64,000 nt of DNA, taken from NCBI GenBank assembly GCA_965203475.1, contig OZ241890.1, positions 2,203,502 to 2,267,501 of the forward strand. The letters run 5' to 3'. The position numbers and the translations under genes are program-made. The DNA is from Gammaproteobacteria bacterium (GTDB lineage Bacteria; Pseudomonadota; Gammaproteobacteria; UBA4575). The notes under the pieces are model-generated. The model was not told the origin of the DNA and searched no databases. It saw nothing but the letters and a program-made list of their open reading frames with translations. Of this stretch, positions 62,262 to 64,000 are shown one piece after another; positions within the stretch are counted from its first letter, which is position 1; each line of letters starts with the position of its first letter.

Positions 62262-63075
62262 CTAATGCACGCTGTAATTCTTCAAAGTATTTTTTCTTTG
62301 AGAGCAAAAAACCATTTCCATGTCCACCATTAATCTCAATAAATTTTTTTGGTTGTTTGGCTAATGCAAAATTTAACTTCGCGTGTGAGTAAGGAATTAC
62401 TTCATCATCTTTGCTGTGAATAATCAGCAAAGGACAGGTTAATTCTCGCAGTTTATGTTTAGTTGCATATTTATGTTTAACAAGTAAATCCGTCGGCATA
62501 AATGGATAATGCTTGGCGGATGCATCTGGCATAGAGGTAAAAGTAGATTCCAGTATCAGCATTGCTGGTTGAACTTTTTTTGCCAGTTCAGCGCCGACAC
62601 CCCCGCCCAGTGAACGACCGAATATAATAATTTTGTTTACTTGAATATTTCGCGTATTACTTAGGTAATTCCAAGCAGCTTCTGCATCTAAATAAGTGCC
62701 CAATTCTGTTGGTTTTCCGCTACTGTTTCCAAAGCCTCGATAATCGATAATAAATACATTTAATCCAAGTTTATGTAGTATCAAAATGGTTTCCATGCGA
62801 TGTGAAATATTCCCTGCATTGCCATGAAAAAATAGTACGGTATTACTTTCATCAGGAGAATGTGAGCCGGAGGGGATAAACCAACCATGAATATTTTCAT
62901 CATCCGAAGTTTCAAGCATAACTTCTTCGTAAGCTAAATTGATTGAACTCGGGGTTGTAATGATTTTTCGCGAGGGTATAGAAGGTGCATAGATAAACCA
63001 TGTTTGAGCAAAATAAATTGCAACCATGGCTAGAAAATAAAAAATAAGAAGCGCTATAAATATTTTGATTAACAT
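62245..63075 (-). CDS. Alpha/beta hydrolase with N-terminal TM
   Basis: FHGNAGN, DYRGFG, GRSLGG nucleophile motif, HSKDDEVIP and GGH. Confidence 0.9.
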   Translation of the reverse strand: MLIKIFIALLIFYFLAMVAIYFAQTWFIYAPSIPSRKIITTPSSINLAYEEVMLETSDDENIHGWFIPSGSHSPDESNTVLFFHGNAGNISHRMETILILHKLGLNVFIIDYRGFGNSSGKPTELGTYLDAEAAWNYLSNTRNIQVNKIIIFGRSLGGGVGAELAKKVQPAMLILESTFTSMPDASAKHYPFMPTDLLVKHKYATKHKLRELTCPLLIIHSKDDEVIPYSHAKLNFALAKQPKKFIEINGGHGNGFLLSKKKYFEELQRALVTMLP

Positions 63076-63219
63076 ACTAAAATGGTAGCATTATCTAAAT
63101 AGAGTATATTTTTTAGAGAAACACCTTATCGTTTTATTAAAAACAATGTAGATTTTATAGACGAGTTGTAACGATACAAAGTTCAATCGGCGTGATTTTC
63201 AAAATTATTAAACAAAGTC

Positions 63220-63807
63220 ATGGATTTTAAACAACGTGTACAAGAAATTTTTACTCTGGAATCTCAAGCCATAGCGTCGATACCTGTGACCGATGAGTTT
63301 GAGCAAGCTGTACAAATGCTAAAGCAATGTCAGGGCAAAGTATTGACCACAGGTATGGGCAAGGCAGGGCATATCGCAAATAAGTTTTCCGCTACATTAT
63401 GTTCTACGGGTACACCAGCATCTTTTATTCACCCAGGAGAAGCTGCACATGGTGATTTAGGCTTAATCGAAGATAAAGATGCCATTGTTGCATTTTCCAC
63501 CAGTGGTAAAACGCGAGAAGTATTGGATTTGTTAGTGGCAGGTCGTGAGTTGGGTTTGCATACGGTGATTGGTATTACATCTCATCCGGATTCTAAACTT
63601 CGAGAATTAAGCGACGTTGTGATTGATATGGGAATACGTAAAGAAGCCTGTAAATTCGATTTGACGCCTACCTCCAGTATGGCCGTTATGCTTGCTATTA
63701 GTGATGCATTAGCCTTGTTATTAATGGAGCAAAATAAATTTACTCCAGAAGATTTTGGAAAACGACATCATGGAGGATATTTAGGTACAAAAGCTCGAAA
63801 TTCATAA
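63220..63807 (+). CDS. KpsF/GutQ-family sugar-phosphate isomerase, SIS domain only
   Basis: TGMGKAGHIA, HPGEAAHGDLG, PTSS and HHGGYLG motifs; ends before any CBS domains. Confidence 0.88.
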   Translation: MDFKQRVQEIFTLESQAIASIPVTDEFEQAVQMLKQCQGKVLTTGMGKAGHIANKFSATLCSTGTPASFIHPGEAAHGDLGLIEDKDAIVAFSTSGKTREVLDLLVAGRELGLHTVIGITSHPDSKLRELSDVVIDMGIRKEACKFDLTPTSSMAVMLAISDALALLLMEQNKFTPEDFGKRHHGGYLGTKARNS

Positions 63808-63816
63808 TTTTTCAAA

Positions 63817-64000
63817 ATGAGAAAAATGTTTAAAAATTTCACTAGTATTTTATTAATTACATTATTTTTTATTTCAAGTTCAGTTCTAGCAGATCCTGTT
63901 GAGGGTGTGCACTTAGAACCATCCACGACCTGTGCCAATGAAACATTGCACTTAAATGGCGCAGGTGTTCGGAAAAAGTTTTTTATCAAGCTGTATGTTG
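63817..64000 (+). CDS. Chalcone-isomerase-like exported protein, 5' part only
   Basis: Hand translation: signal peptide, then VEGVHL...LHLNGAGVRKKFFIKLYV; open at the window end. Confidence 0.75.
   Translation, partial: MRKMFKNFTSILLITLFFISSSVLADPVEGVHLEPSTTCANETLHLNGAGVRKKFFIKLYV

Overview
A gene-dense, AT-rich window that looks like the chromosome of a gammaproteobacterium. Most of it is housekeeping: rpmB/rpmG, folB/folK, uppP, cca, trxA-rho, purH/purD, fis-dusB, prmA-accC-accB-aroQ, dsbD-cutA-fxsA-groES-groEL with a perfect CIRCE element, ampD, an arginyltransferase, gshA and djlA. No tRNA, rRNA, CRISPR array, integrase or transposase was recognised. The main unexplained structure is a 1.84-kb element downstream of groEL (36419-38257). 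It has about 65-bp imperfect terminal inverted repeats and two unknown exported or membrane ORFs, each bracketed by an inverted pair of about 30-bp hairpin repeats, giving a cassette-like architecture with no recombinase and no attC motif. Other highlights are a selenoneine-type senA/senB/selD(senC) cluster with a candidate 250-nt structured RNA inside it, an apparent single-base frameshift in gshA, a duplicated 3' end of ampD, a truncated XanB2-like chorismatase at the left edge, an ArsS-type radical SAM locus and an orphan MotA/MotB-like pair. All product calls come from motif recognition by eye; no database searches were run.
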